Source: Myxococcales bacterium (GTDB lineage Bacteria > Myxococcota_A > Polyangia > Polyangiales > Houyiibacteriaceae). Taken from it: DNA of 35,867 nucleotides. Each line of letters starts with the position of its first letter. The first letter of the stretch is position 1. Below the pieces are notes generated by a model. The model had not been told where the DNA came from, made no database searches, and saw only the letters and a list, made by a program, of their open reading frames with translations. The position numbers and the translations under genes are program-made. Location of the stretch: assembly GCA_009992505.1 (NCBI GenBank), contig JAACVI010000224.1, forward strand, positions 1 through 35,867. The letters run 5' to 3'. Below, in pieces: positions 1-8,459 of the stretch.

Positions 1-1180
1 CGTCGATGGCGCGCTCGACGGTGGCGTCGGTCTCTGACGCTTGACGCGCGAGCTCGATAGCCAAGGTCAACTTCTCGTCGGCCCCGCCTGCGGCGCGCTG
101 GGCGTCGGCCAGGATGGTCAACAGCCGCGGGCGCTGATCGTCCGTGGACAGGTACTCGCGGTAGAACGCGAGCATGCCGGCGTTGCCGGGATCGATCTTG
201 CGCAGCCTGCCGAAGTACGGCTCGGCGGCGTCGGGCTGCTGCCGGATGCGCCAATGGACCATGCCGAGCTGAAGCAGGATGCCGCGCTCCTGCTCCAACT
301 TCTGGCGTGAGCGCAGCGCGTCCTCGTACAGACCGACCAGGCTGTCCCAGTCCTCCGCCTCCGTGTAGTGCGCGACCAAGAAGCTCATCGCTTCGTCGTG
401 GCCCGGCGCGAACTCCAGCACGCGGCGATAGGCTTGGGCTGCGTTGTCGGGTTGTTCGAGCTTCCTGCTGTAGAGGCGCGCCGCCGCCAGGTAGAGGTTG
501 AGCTTGTCGTCGCGACCTCGCGCCGCGTCCGCCGTCTGGCTGAGCACTCCGGCCTCGTCCTTGGCCTTGTCGCGAGCGCGCAGCGTCACGCAGTAGAGGC
601 GCGCCGCGCGCACGTCCCCCGGATCGGAGCGAAGCGCGTCGCGAAAGAGCTTGTCGGCCTCGCGCGCCTTGCCCTTGGCGCGATACTCCCAGACGAGGCA
701 GCCGGCGCGCACCAGGAACGAGGTGCGGACGGTGGCGTCCGAGGCATCCTGGGCCTCCTCCACGAAGCGATCGGCGATCTGTCGCCAGCGCTCGGACATC
801 TGCTCGAGCTCCTCGAGCGCCTGCTCCACGCCCGCGTCCCCCGGACGCACCTCGAGCGCCATTCGGTAGGCTTCGGTCGCCGCTTCGGGCTCCAGCAGCT
901 CTTCCCGACGCAAGCGCCCGAGCTCTTTGAGCAGCGCGAAGCGGAAGTCGGGATCGTCGTGACTTATCGCTTGTTGGAGTTCGATCAGCCAGGCGACCGC
1001 CTGGGCCTCGCCACGACGTTCGTGCTTGGCGCGCGCGGCCTCGAGCAAACGCAGCGGGGATTCACCCGTGCGCTCGGCATCGCCGCTCTGGATTGCCTCG
1101 GATAGCCCATCGAATGCGGCGCGATCGAGCGGATCGCGCTGCAGCATGCCAAGGTAGTGGGAGACCGTCAGTGACGCCAT
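1..1180 (-). CDS. N-terminal part of a large TPR-repeat protein, AgmK-like (adventurous gliding motility); truncated by the window edge
   Basis: Missing from the ORF track because its stop lies outside the window. Translated by hand from ATG 1180-1178: MASLTVSHYLGMLQRDPLDRAAFDGL...LLKELGRLRREELLEPEAATEAYRMALEVRPG...ILLQLGMVHWRIRQQPDAAEPYFGRLRKIDPGNAGMLAFYREYL. These are helical TPR-like repeats, and an SD-like GCAGGTG lies upstream. AgmK likeness is inference. Confidence 0.75.
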   Translation of the reverse strand, partial: MASLTVSHYLGMLQRDPLDRAAFDGLSEAIQSGDAERTGESPLRLLEAARAKHERRGEAQAVAWLIELQQAISHDDPDFRFALLKELGRLRREELLEPEAATEAYRMALEVRPGDAGVEQALEELEQMSERWRQIADRFVEEAQDASDATVRTSFLVRAGCLVWEYRAKGKAREADKLFRDALRSDPGDVRAARLYCVTLRARDKAKDEAGVLSQTADAARGRDDKLNLYLAAARLYSRKLEQPDNAAQAYRRVLEFAPGHDEAMSFLVAHYTEAEDWDSLVGLYEDALRSRQKLEQERGILLQLGMVHWRIRQQPDAAEPYFGRLRKIDPGNAGMLAFYREYLSTDDQRPRLLTILADAQRAAGGADEKLTLAIELARQASETDATVERAID

Positions 1181-1375
1181 CGTTGCACCTGCCGTCCCGG
1201 GACCCACGGCGGGGCGAGCGAGCGCGCTCGGATCGAGCCGTTTTGCCGGACGTAAATGACCGGAAAAAGACAAGAATTACGAAGTCTAGGGCGCGCCCAT
1301 GACCGGGCCGAGCGATGGTACCGGCGCGCGCCTGGGGCGATCAAGGGAAGACTTGAACGATCGCCCCCCGCAGCC

Positions 1376-2122
1376 CTAGAAGGCCATCAAATAGCCCGAC
1401 CAGCCGAGGGCCGCGAAGGTGACGACTCCCGCCGCGAGGTGCGCGGTCGAGAGCGCACGCAGGGCGTCGTAGTGGTTGGCGCGGTCCATGCCGAAGCGAG
1501 GCCCGTTGGCGATGACGACGCCGAGAGCCATCTGCGCGACCATGCCGATGAGGTGCACCCAGCGCAGCGCCTTGTGCAGCCTGAGGCGTCGCGCGAACAC
1601 GCCGTTGCCTTCGTCGAGCCCACCGGGATCGGGCATCGCCACCGCGAGGCTGAAGGTCGTCGTGTACAGCGCGAAGGTGGTCACACCGGAGATCAGGTGC
1701 AGCCAAGGCACGCCCGAGCATTGGCCTTGTCCGAAGGTGGCCGTGCCACGCGCGCAGGGATTGCCCCCGCGATTGTCCCAGGCTCCATAGAGGTTGCGAT
1801 ACTGGATGGCTCCGAGGGCCAAGGTGGCGCCCATGGCCGCGAAGGTCGTGATGCCCATGATCTTGTGCACGCTCGCCACGCTCTGACGTCGCGACATCCG
1901 CTCGCCGTAGGACGGCTCCGCGGGCGCGGGGGTCGCTGTCTCGGTCGGCGCGGGGGTCGCTGCGGCGGGCTGGGTCGTGCCGTCATCGGAGGGCTCGAGC
2001 AAGTCGAGCTGCTCCGCGGATTCGACCTGCAACGGAGGCAAGGTCATGTCCGCGAATGCCGGGTCGACATGGAGGGAGAGGCCGAAGAAAGGGGTCGCCC
2101 AAAGGAGGGCTACGTGGAGCAT
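1376..2122 (-). CDS. Membrane protein with four His-bearing TM helices (cytochrome b561-like?)
   Basis: ORF 1376..2311, likely start ATG 2122 (MLHVALLW). It has a hydrophobic N-terminus, a Pro/Thr/Ala linker, then four hydrophobic segments containing VHKIMG, LHLISG, LHKALRWVHLIG and AHLAAG. Confidence 0.65.
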   Translation of the reverse strand: MLHVALLWATPFFGLSLHVDPAFADMTLPPLQVESAEQLDLLEPSDDGTTQPAAATPAPTETATPAPAEPSYGERMSRRQSVASVHKIMGITTFAAMGATLALGAIQYRNLYGAWDNRGGNPCARGTATFGQGQCSGVPWLHLISGVTTFALYTTTFSLAVAMPDPGGLDEGNGVFARRLRLHKALRWVHLIGMVAQMALGVVIANGPRFGMDRANHYDALRALSTAHLAAGVVTFAALGWSGYLMAF

Positions 2123-2220
2123 GCGCGCATGATTCCACGCGACCCACGCATCTTCCAGTCCAACCATGCACTTTCGGATGCACGGCCCTAGCCGGGGCCG
2201 CGAGGGCGACGCGGAGCGCC

Positions 2221-3141
2221 CTAATGGGTGAGCGAGCGCACGCCGGCGGTGTGGACCTTGCCCGGCAGCTTCCTGCCCACCAGAGCCTCGGCGACCTGTC
2301 CGGCTTGCCACAGCTGTTCGAGGTCGACGCCCGTCTCGATGCCCATTCCGTCCAGGCAGTAGACGAGGTCCTCGGTGGCCAGATTGCCGGCCGCGCCGGG
2401 CGCGTAGGGACAGCCACCGAGACCTCCGACGGCCGCGTCGAAGGTGGTGATGCCCATGCTCAGGCCCACCAGCACATTCGCCAGGGCCGTGCCGCGTGTA
2501 TCGTGCAGATGAAGCGCGATGCGCTCGGGCGGGATCTCGGCCAGCATGGCGTCGAGGATGCGCCGAGTCTGCAGCGGGGTACCGACGCCGATGGTGTCGC
2601 CCAGGGAGACCTGGTAGCAGCCGCGAGCCAGGAGCGTCTTGGCCAGGCGCAGCGAGTCCGCCACGGCCACATCACCCTCATAGGGACAGCCCCAGACGGT
2701 CGAGACGTAGCCCCGCACGCGATCGCCCGCCGCCACCGCCGGCTCGATCACACGATCGAAGGCCGTCAGCGTCTGCTCGATGGTCTTGTTCACGTTCTTG
2801 AGGTTGTGCGTCTGGCTGGCGCTCAAGAAGACCGCCACTTCGCCCAACCCGGCCTTCTGCGCACGCACGAGGCCCGTGCCGTTGGGCACCAGCGCGCTGA
2901 AGGTGACGCCTTCGGGCGCCTCCGCCATGTGCGCGACCTGATCGGCGTCGGCCATCTGGGGCACCCACTTGGGCGACACGAAGCTCGTGATCTCGATGCG
3001 CTTCAGACCCGAACGCACCAGCGCCTCGATCAGGCGAACCTTGGAGTGGGTCGCGACCTGCGCGGCCTCGTTCTGAAGGCCATCGCGAGGCGAGACTTCG
3101 TAGATGGAGACCCGGGAGGGGAGATGGTCGAGGATCTTCAT
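2221..3141 (-). CDS. hmgL: Hydroxymethylglutaryl-CoA lyase
   Basis: Motifs EVSPRDGLQNE, TSFVSPKWVPQM, SLGDTIG, LHLHDTRG and GGLGGCPYAPGAAGNLATED. Confidence 0.95.
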   Translation of the reverse strand: MKILDHLPSRVSIYEVSPRDGLQNEAAQVATHSKVRLIEALVRSGLKRIEITSFVSPKWVPQMADADQVAHMAEAPEGVTFSALVPNGTGLVRAQKAGLGEVAVFLSASQTHNLKNVNKTIEQTLTAFDRVIEPAVAAGDRVRGYVSTVWGCPYEGDVAVADSLRLAKTLLARGCYQVSLGDTIGVGTPLQTRRILDAMLAEIPPERIALHLHDTRGTALANVLVGLSMGITTFDAAVGGLGGCPYAPGAAGNLATEDLVYCLDGMGIETGVDLEQLWQAGQVAEALVGRKLPGKVHTAGVRSLTH

Positions 3142-3178
3142 GCCTGCCCTCCGCGGGAGGATGGTTGCACGTCAGAAA

Positions 3179-4369
3179 TCATGGGCCACTCGTCGGCGAC
3201 AGCTCCCCATGTTCGCATTGGTAGCGGTGCATGGAGACCTCGCGGCCGATGGGTGTGGCCACCAAGAGAGCGCGTCCCGTCCATAGGGCCCTGGCCCCTC
3301 GAGGCGCAATCGCGTCGGGCAAGAGCGCCTCCAGATGGGCCACGCTGCCGCCGAGGGCCATGGTGAAGGCGCCCGCGTGCAGGACGGGATGGGCCCCAGT
3401 GCAATCGACCTCGGGGGTGAAGTCGCCGACGACCTCGAGCACGCGCCCGGCCTCGCGAATCCGCACCAGTCGACGGGCGGCGCCACAGCGACCCACGGCC
3501 AGCGCCGCGTCGGCCGCGGCCATCAGGCCCATGGGCTCACAGCCCTCCAGGATGCGCTGGGACTGGGCGTAGCTGAGCGCGAAGTCCACGCCCAGCACGG
3601 TGGTCGCGGGTTGGCCGCCGGTCCGGTCACAGACACCGAAGTACCAGACGCCCTGGGCGTAGGTCGCGCCCGCGATGGGGAAGGTGCACGAGTCGGGCAG
3701 AGCCCGCGGCAGATCCTCGCGACCGGTCGCGTCGCCGCCGAGTCGAGCCCCGCGCACCAGAGCGCAGCGCGCGCGCGAGCCCTCGTCACAGCGGCCGTCG
3801 GGCGCTCTCCAGCGCACCTCGGAGACGCCTGCCTCGGACACGGCGACCCCGACCTGCCCTCTGCCGCCCACCGTTCGCAGGGGGGTCGGGCCCAAGGTCG
3901 TCACGGGACCGAACGCAGACCCCGTCGCGTCACCGACCGCGGCGACCGCCGAGAAGACACCGTTGTTTCTGGCGACCCAGACCACGGCCAGACGCCCTCC
4001 CCCGGCCGCCGCTTCCACCTCCACGGCGTCGACTGGCACGAAGGGCCCCTCGAACCCCGCCGGGCGCTGCGACGCGAAGAGCTCCGGGTCCTGACCGCGA
4101 TGGCTGCCGAGCGCGTCCATGACCGCGAGACGCACGCCCCCTCCGTCGCTCGAAGCCGGCGAGAAGATCAGCCCGGCGCCGCCCTCGAGAGCCACGAGAT
4201 CGAAGGCACTCGCGGTGGCGATGGGCCGCGGCGAGAGCAGCGGCGGACGCACGATCGGGACGACGGGCGGCAACACCAGGGGCGGCGGCTCGTCCTCGCA
4301 GGCGGTCAGCAACGCCAGACAGAGCAGCAACGGCGTAGCCAGCCGATGAGAGCGCCGGAGCAGGACCAT
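3179..4369 (-). CDS. Hypothetical lipoprotein, beta-rich with paired cysteines
   Basis: ORF 3179..4417, likely start ATG 4369 (MVLLRRSHR). Signal peptide with lipobox LLTA-C, Pro-rich tether and several Cys pairs. Confidence 0.7.
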   Translation of the reverse strand: MVLLRRSHRLATPLLLCLALLTACEDEPPPLVLPPVVPIVRPPLLSPRPIATASAFDLVALEGGAGLIFSPASSDGGGVRLAVMDALGSHRGQDPELFASQRPAGFEGPFVPVDAVEVEAAAGGGRLAVVWVARNNGVFSAVAAVGDATGSAFGPVTTLGPTPLRTVGGRGQVGVAVSEAGVSEVRWRAPDGRCDEGSRARCALVRGARLGGDATGREDLPRALPDSCTFPIAGATYAQGVWYFGVCDRTGGQPATTVLGVDFALSYAQSQRILEGCEPMGLMAAADAALAVGRCGAARRLVRIREAGRVLEVVGDFTPEVDCTGAHPVLHAGAFTMALGGSVAHLEALLPDAIAPRGARALWTGRALLVATPIGREVSMHRYQCEHGELSPTSGP

Positions 4370-4474
4370 CTCGGCATCTTGCCAAAGATGCGCAAGGAAG
4401 GCGATCGAGCGATGCACGCGAGCGTCGAACTCGATCGGCGCGCGGGCGGACGTGTGGGCGATCCCCGCGCCAGG

Positions 4475-4669
4475 TCAGACCAGATCGAAGTCCTTGCAGA
4501 AGAGCAGCGGGGCTTCGGGATCGTCGTAGCGCGCGGCGTGATGCTTGACCGTGGGGTAGCCGTGGGCGCAGCCACGCGCCGGATCGAAGAGCACGCAATC
4601 CTCGCAGTTGAAGCGCAGCTGAAAGCGCTCGCGCTGCTCTCGGAAGCGGGCGTCCTGCTCGACGATCAC
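4475..4669 (-). CDS. Small Cys-rich protein (about 64 aa), possible Zn/Fe binder
   Basis: C-terminal part of ORF 4475..4798. GTG start at 4669, just after the rpiB stop. Motif NCEDC...GCAHGY...FCKDFDL. Confidence 0.65.
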   Translation of the reverse strand: MIVEQDARFREQRERFQLRFNCEDCVLFDPARGCAHGYPTVKHHAARYDDPEAPLLFCKDFDLV

Positions 4670-4679
4670 AAAGCCGCTC

Positions 4680-5135
4680 TCAATCCGCGGTCGGGTCGCT
4701 GGCGGGCTCGATCTTGGCCACGCGGCGCGCGTGTCGTCCGCCCTCGAAGGCGGTGGCGAGGAAGACGGAGAGGATCTCCTCGGCCAGGCCCGCACCAACC
4801 ACTCGCGCGCCCATGCACAGAACGTTGGCGTCGTTGTGCATGCGGGCCATGCGCGCGCTGAAGGGCTCGGCGCAGAGCGCCGCGCGGATGCCCAGATGGC
4901 GATTCGCGGCCATGGACATACCCAGGCCCGTCCCGCAGACGAGCAGCCCCAGCTCGCTATGCCCCGACGTCACGTCCGCACAGACGGCGTGGGCGAAGTC
5001 CGGATAGTCGACGGAGCCGTGGCCCGATGTGCCGCGGTCCTCGACGTCGAAGCCACGCTCACGCAGCAGCGCCGCGAGCTCGTCCTTCAGATCGACGCCC
5101 GCATGATCGGCGCCGACGGCGACGCGTCGGCTCAT
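4680..5135 (-). CDS. rpiB: Ribose-5-phosphate isomerase B
   Basis: C-terminal part of ORF 4680..6326, with GADHAG, SVDYPDFA, CGTGLGMSMAANR, HNDANVLCMGAR and FEGGRHARRV. The ATG overlaps the fabF TGA. Confidence 0.95.
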   Translation of the reverse strand: MSRRVAVGADHAGVDLKDELAALLRERGFDVEDRGTSGHGSVDYPDFAHAVCADVTSGHSELGLLVCGTGLGMSMAANRHLGIRAALCAEPFSARMARMHNDANVLCMGARVVGAGLAEEILSVFLATAFEGGRHARRVAKIEPASDPTAD

Positions 5136-6421
5136 CACGAACGCTCGGCGTAGCTCGGACCACCCAGGACCAGGGTGGCGTTGGTGCCGCCGAAGCCGAA
5201 GGAGTTGGTCATGGCGACCTCGATCTTCGCCTCCCGCGCGCCGTGGGGCACGAGGTCGAAGCCCTCGCTGGCCGGATCGGGATCCGTCAGGTTCACGGTC
5301 GGCGGGACGACTCCGTCGCGGAGCGCGAGGGCACAGATGGCCGCTTCGAGTCCGCCCGCCGCGCCCAGGAGATGACCGGTGACGCTCTTGGTGCTCGAGA
5401 CGAGCAGACCCTTCGTCACGTGATCGCCGAAGACCGCGCGCATGGCCTGAAGCTCTTGGACGTCGCCCGTGGGCGTGGACGTGCCGTGAGCGTTCACGTA
5501 GCTGACGTCCTCCGGCTGGAGGCCCGCGTCGACCAGCGCCGCGCGCATGGCGCGTTGGGCGCCTTCGCCACCGGGCGAGGGTTGGGTCAGGTGATAAGCG
5601 TCCGACGACGCGCCGTAGCCCAGGACCTCGCCCAGGATGGTCGCGCCTCGAGCGATGGCTCGCTCGCGCTCCTCGAGGATCACGATGCCCGCGCCCTCGC
5701 CGACGACGAAACCGTCGCGTCCGGCGTCGAAGGGCCGGCTGGCCTCCTGTGGCGCGTCGTTGCGCGTGGACAGGGCGCGCATCTGCGCGAAGCCGCCGAC
5801 ACCCAGAGGGGTGACCGCCGCCTCTGCGCCGCCCGCCACGGCCGCGTCGATGCCGCCGCGCCGGATCCACTCCGTCGCCTCGCCGATGGCGTGGGCGCCC
5901 GAAGAGCAAGCACTCGCCGTGGCGAAGCTCGGACCCTTGAAGCCCCAGCGCATGGAGACCTGCCCCGGAGCGAGGTTCGAGATGGTCGCGGGGATGAAGT
6001 AGGGACTGATGCGTCGAGGGCCCTTCTCGAACAGCTTTCGCGCGGTCTCCTCGAAGTACTCGATGCCGCAGAAGCCGACGCCGATGAACGTGCCCACGCG
6101 CTCGAGCGCCTCGCCCTCGGGGGCGAAGTTCGCCGCCGCGATGGCGTCCTCGGTCGCTGCCAACGCGAGATGGATGAAGCGCGCGGCCTCGCGGACGCGC
6201 TTCTTCTCCACGTAGCGCAGCGGATCGAAGCCCGTGCACTCTCCGGCGATCTTCACCGCGAAGTCTTCGGTGTCGAAGGCTTCGATTCTGCCTACGCCAC
6301 TGCGCCCGGCTTGGACATTGGCCCAAGTCGACGCGGCGTCGAGGCCGCAGGGACTGACCGCCCCCACGCCGGTGATGACGACCCTACGCGGGGCCGTTCT
6401 AGCCACTCTAGGTCTCGGCAC
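5135..6421 (-). CDS. fabF: 3-oxoacyl-ACP synthase II
   Basis: Motifs [17 protein letters not shown] (catalytic Cys), [17 protein letters not shown] and NSFGFGG. The start may instead be GTG at 6406. Confidence 0.95.
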   Translation of the reverse strand: MPRPRVARTAPRRVVITGVGAVSPCGLDAASTWANVQAGRSGVGRIEAFDTEDFAVKIAGECTGFDPLRYVEKKRVREAARFIHLALAATEDAIAAANFAPEGEALERVGTFIGVGFCGIEYFEETARKLFEKGPRRISPYFIPATISNLAPGQVSMRWGFKGPSFATASACSSGAHAIGEATEWIRRGGIDAAVAGGAEAAVTPLGVGGFAQMRALSTRNDAPQEASRPFDAGRDGFVVGEGAGIVILEERERAIARGATILGEVLGYGASSDAYHLTQPSPGGEGAQRAMRAALVDAGLQPEDVSYVNAHGTSTPTGDVQELQAMRAVFGDHVTKGLLVSSTKSVTGHLLGAAGGLEAAICALALRDGVVPPTVNLTDPDPASEGFDLVPHGAREAKIEVAMTNSFGFGGTNATLVLGGPSYAERS

Positions 6422-6429
6422 GAACGGAC

Positions 6430-6666
6430 TCAGCCCGCGGCCTTTTCCGAGATGTAGCTCACGGCATCACCCACGGTGCGGATCTTCTCCGTGTCTTCGT
6501 CGGGGATGTCGATGTCGAACTGCTCCTCGAAAGCGAGGACCAGCTCCACGATGGCCAGCGAGTCAGCCCCGAGGTCATCGATGAACGAAGCCTCCGGCTT
6601 GATCGCGTCGCCATCGACGTCGAGCTGCTGCGAGATGATGTCGGCGACCTTTTCCGCAATATCCAT
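6430..6666 (-). CDS. acpP: Acyl carrier protein
   Basis: Acidic 78-aa protein with the DLGADSL phosphopantetheine site and a GGAGG SD upstream. Confidence 0.97.
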   Translation of the reverse strand: MDIAEKVADIISQQLDVDGDAIKPEASFIDDLGADSLAIVELVLAFEEQFDIDIPDEDTEKIRTVGDAVSYISEKAAG

Positions 6667-6714
6667 TGCGTTCCTCCAAGGGCGACCTTGTCGCCCGTCA
6701 CCCGCGAGCGCGGG

Positions 6715-7467
6715 TCAGATGTACATGCCCCCGTTTACACGGAGCACTTGACCGGTCACATAACCGGCCTCTTGACTGGCCAGATAGAGCACGGCCGCGG
6801 CAATTTCTTCGGGGCGCCCGACGCGTCCCAAGGGTGTCTGGTCGACGATGGCCTGACGAACTTCTTCGTTCAGGGCGTCGGTCATGTCGGTCTCGATGTA
6901 GCCTGGTGCGACGGCATTCACCGTGACCCCGCGCGACGCATACTCACGCGCCAAGGTCTTGGTCAACCCGATCAACGCGGCCTTCGACGCGGCGTATACG
7001 GCCTGACCGGGATTGCCCGTCTCGCCCACGACGCTCGAGAGGTGGATGATCCGGCCCCAGCGCTTGCGCATCATCGGGCGAATCGCCGCCTTGGCGCACC
7101 AAATCGCGCCCTCGACGTTCGTGGCGAAGGTGCGAGCCACCTCTTCTGGCTTCACGCGAAGCAACAATTGATCGATGGCGATTCCCGCATTGCTGACGAG
7201 AATGTCCAGGCGACCGTGCTGCTTGACGATCGCATCGACGGCCTGAGCGACGTCTTCCATCACGCTGACGTCGAAGCCCATCGCCTCGGCGTGGCCACCG
7301 GCGGCCTCGATGGCCGCAACGGTCTCCGCCGCAGCGGCCTCGCCCGAGCGATAGTTGACCACGACGAACGCACCGGCGCCCGCGAGCGCCTCGGCGCATG
7401 CACGACCGATCCCGCGGGAGCCCCCGGTCACGAGGGCGACCCTGTCGTTCAGCTCAAACACAATCAA
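6715..7467 (-). CDS. fabG: 3-oxoacyl-ACP reductase
   Basis: Motifs TGGSRGIG, SNAGI, YAASK and NAVAPGYIETDMT. The start may be GTG at 7461. Confidence 0.93.
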   Translation of the reverse strand: MIVFELNDRVALVTGGSRGIGRACAEALAGAGAFVVVNYRSGEAAAAETVAAIEAAGGHAEAMGFDVSVMEDVAQAVDAIVKQHGRLDILVSNAGIAIDQLLLRVKPEEVARTFATNVEGAIWCAKAAIRPMMRKRWGRIIHLSSVVGETGNPGQAVYAASKAALIGLTKTLAREYASRGVTVNAVAPGYIETDMTDALNEEVRQAIVDQTPLGRVGRPEEIAAAVLYLASQEAGYVTGQVLRVNGGMYI

Positions 7468-7487
7468 TCAGATCGAGCACGAGACGC

Positions 7488-7682
7488 TCAAGCGAGGGTC
7501 TCGTCCTCGCCATCGATGATCTTGCGGCCATTGTAGTGGCCGCAGCTCGGGCAGACGCGATGAGGAACCATCACATCACCGCAGGTGGGGCAAGGAACGA
7601 GGTTCGGAGCCTCGACCTTGTCGTGGTGTGCGCGACGCTGATCGCGTCGGGCGCGGCTCTTGCGGCGCTTCGGGACAGCCAT
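7488..7682 (-). CDS. rpmF: 50S ribosomal protein L32 (Zn-ribbon type)
   Basis: MAVPKRRKSRARRDQRR followed by CPTC...HRVCPSCG. Confidence 0.97.
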   Translation of the reverse strand: MAVPKRRKSRARRDQRRAHHDKVEAPNLVPCPTCGDVMVPHRVCPSCGHYNGRKIIDGEDETLA

Positions 7683-7685
7683 GGC

Positions 7686-8297
7686 TCAATCCTTACCTTC
7701 GGTCAGCTTCCGCTGACCCATGAGAGGGGTGTCCAGCTTCTGCTGGAGATTCATCAGGGGGGACAGACGGGGATCGACCTCGCGACCGGATCCGTCGGCA
7801 TGCAATACGCGCGGGCCCCGCACATGCTCCGGAATTTCGATGCCGGGGCATTCGGGATCACAGAGGGGCTTCATCGGGCACTCGAGCAGGATCTGCTCTC
7901 GCACCATGGAATCGAAGATGATCTTGTCGCCCGAGAGGGCCTCGCGCAGGGGCGCGTCGGGACCGATCTCGTCCTCGCCCAGATCCTCGGGGATGGGATC
8001 CTTGGTGAGCAGGGTGCGGCTTCGGATGTCCATCTCGAGGGACGCATCCTCGAGGCAGCGCGCGCATGCGGCGACCACGGAGGCGCGCACTCGCGTCTCG
8101 GCGAAGACGTCGTCGCCCAGCCTGGTGAGCCGCACGTCGAAGATGGCGTCGACCGAGTCCAGCTCGGGGGCCGAGAGTTCGCTGCCCTCGAGTGCGGTCG
8201 CAAGCCATGCGCGCGGAATGGGAAATGCCCATTCCTTCGGCTGTTCTTCGACTTCGTCGAGCTCAATCGTGAACTCGTGGGCTGCTGCTGAGGACAT
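7686..8297 (-). CDS. yceD: DUF177/YceD family protein
   Basis: Motifs CARCLE, MVREQILLECPMKPLCDPECPG and VDPRLSPL. It sits directly upstream of rpmF, with likely start ATG 8297. Confidence 0.88.
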   Translation of the reverse strand: MSSAAAHEFTIELDEVEEQPKEWAFPIPRAWLATALEGSELSAPELDSVDAIFDVRLTRLGDDVFAETRVRASVVAACARCLEDASLEMDIRSRTLLTKDPIPEDLGEDEIGPDAPLREALSGDKIIFDSMVREQILLECPMKPLCDPECPGIEIPEHVRGPRVLHADGSGREVDPRLSPLMNLQQKLDTPLMGQRKLTEGKD

Positions 8298-8337
8298 ATG
8301 GAGGACCCAAATCCGCGGCTCGGGGGCGGGACGGGCA

Positions 8338-8365
8338 ACCATAGCCGCGGCCGGTCCTCTGTCAA
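8338..8365 (-). promoter_or_regulatory. Sigma70-type promoter of the yceD-rpmF-fab operon
   Basis: The minus strand reads TTGACA (8365-8360), a 16-nt spacer, then TATGGT (8343-8338), 40 nt upstream of the yceD ATG. Confidence 0.65.
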
Positions 8366-8459
8366 GGCGGGTTGCGTCGGAAGCGCGCTGCTGACGCGAG
8401 CTTCGCGGGCCCGCCAAGCCGCGGGCACAAGACCCGCAGTTTGAGTAGGCTGAGGCCCC

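Noticed and set aside
4680-6326. Apparent 548-aa RpiB fusion
   Set aside because: The N-terminal part is an off-frame reading of fabF. RpiB starts at ATG 5135, overlapping the fabF stop.
4680-7467. Type II PKS or secondary-metabolite cluster
   Set aside because: The KS, ACP and KR are canonical FabF, AcpP and FabG next to rpmF, and there is no chain-length factor or tailoring enzyme.
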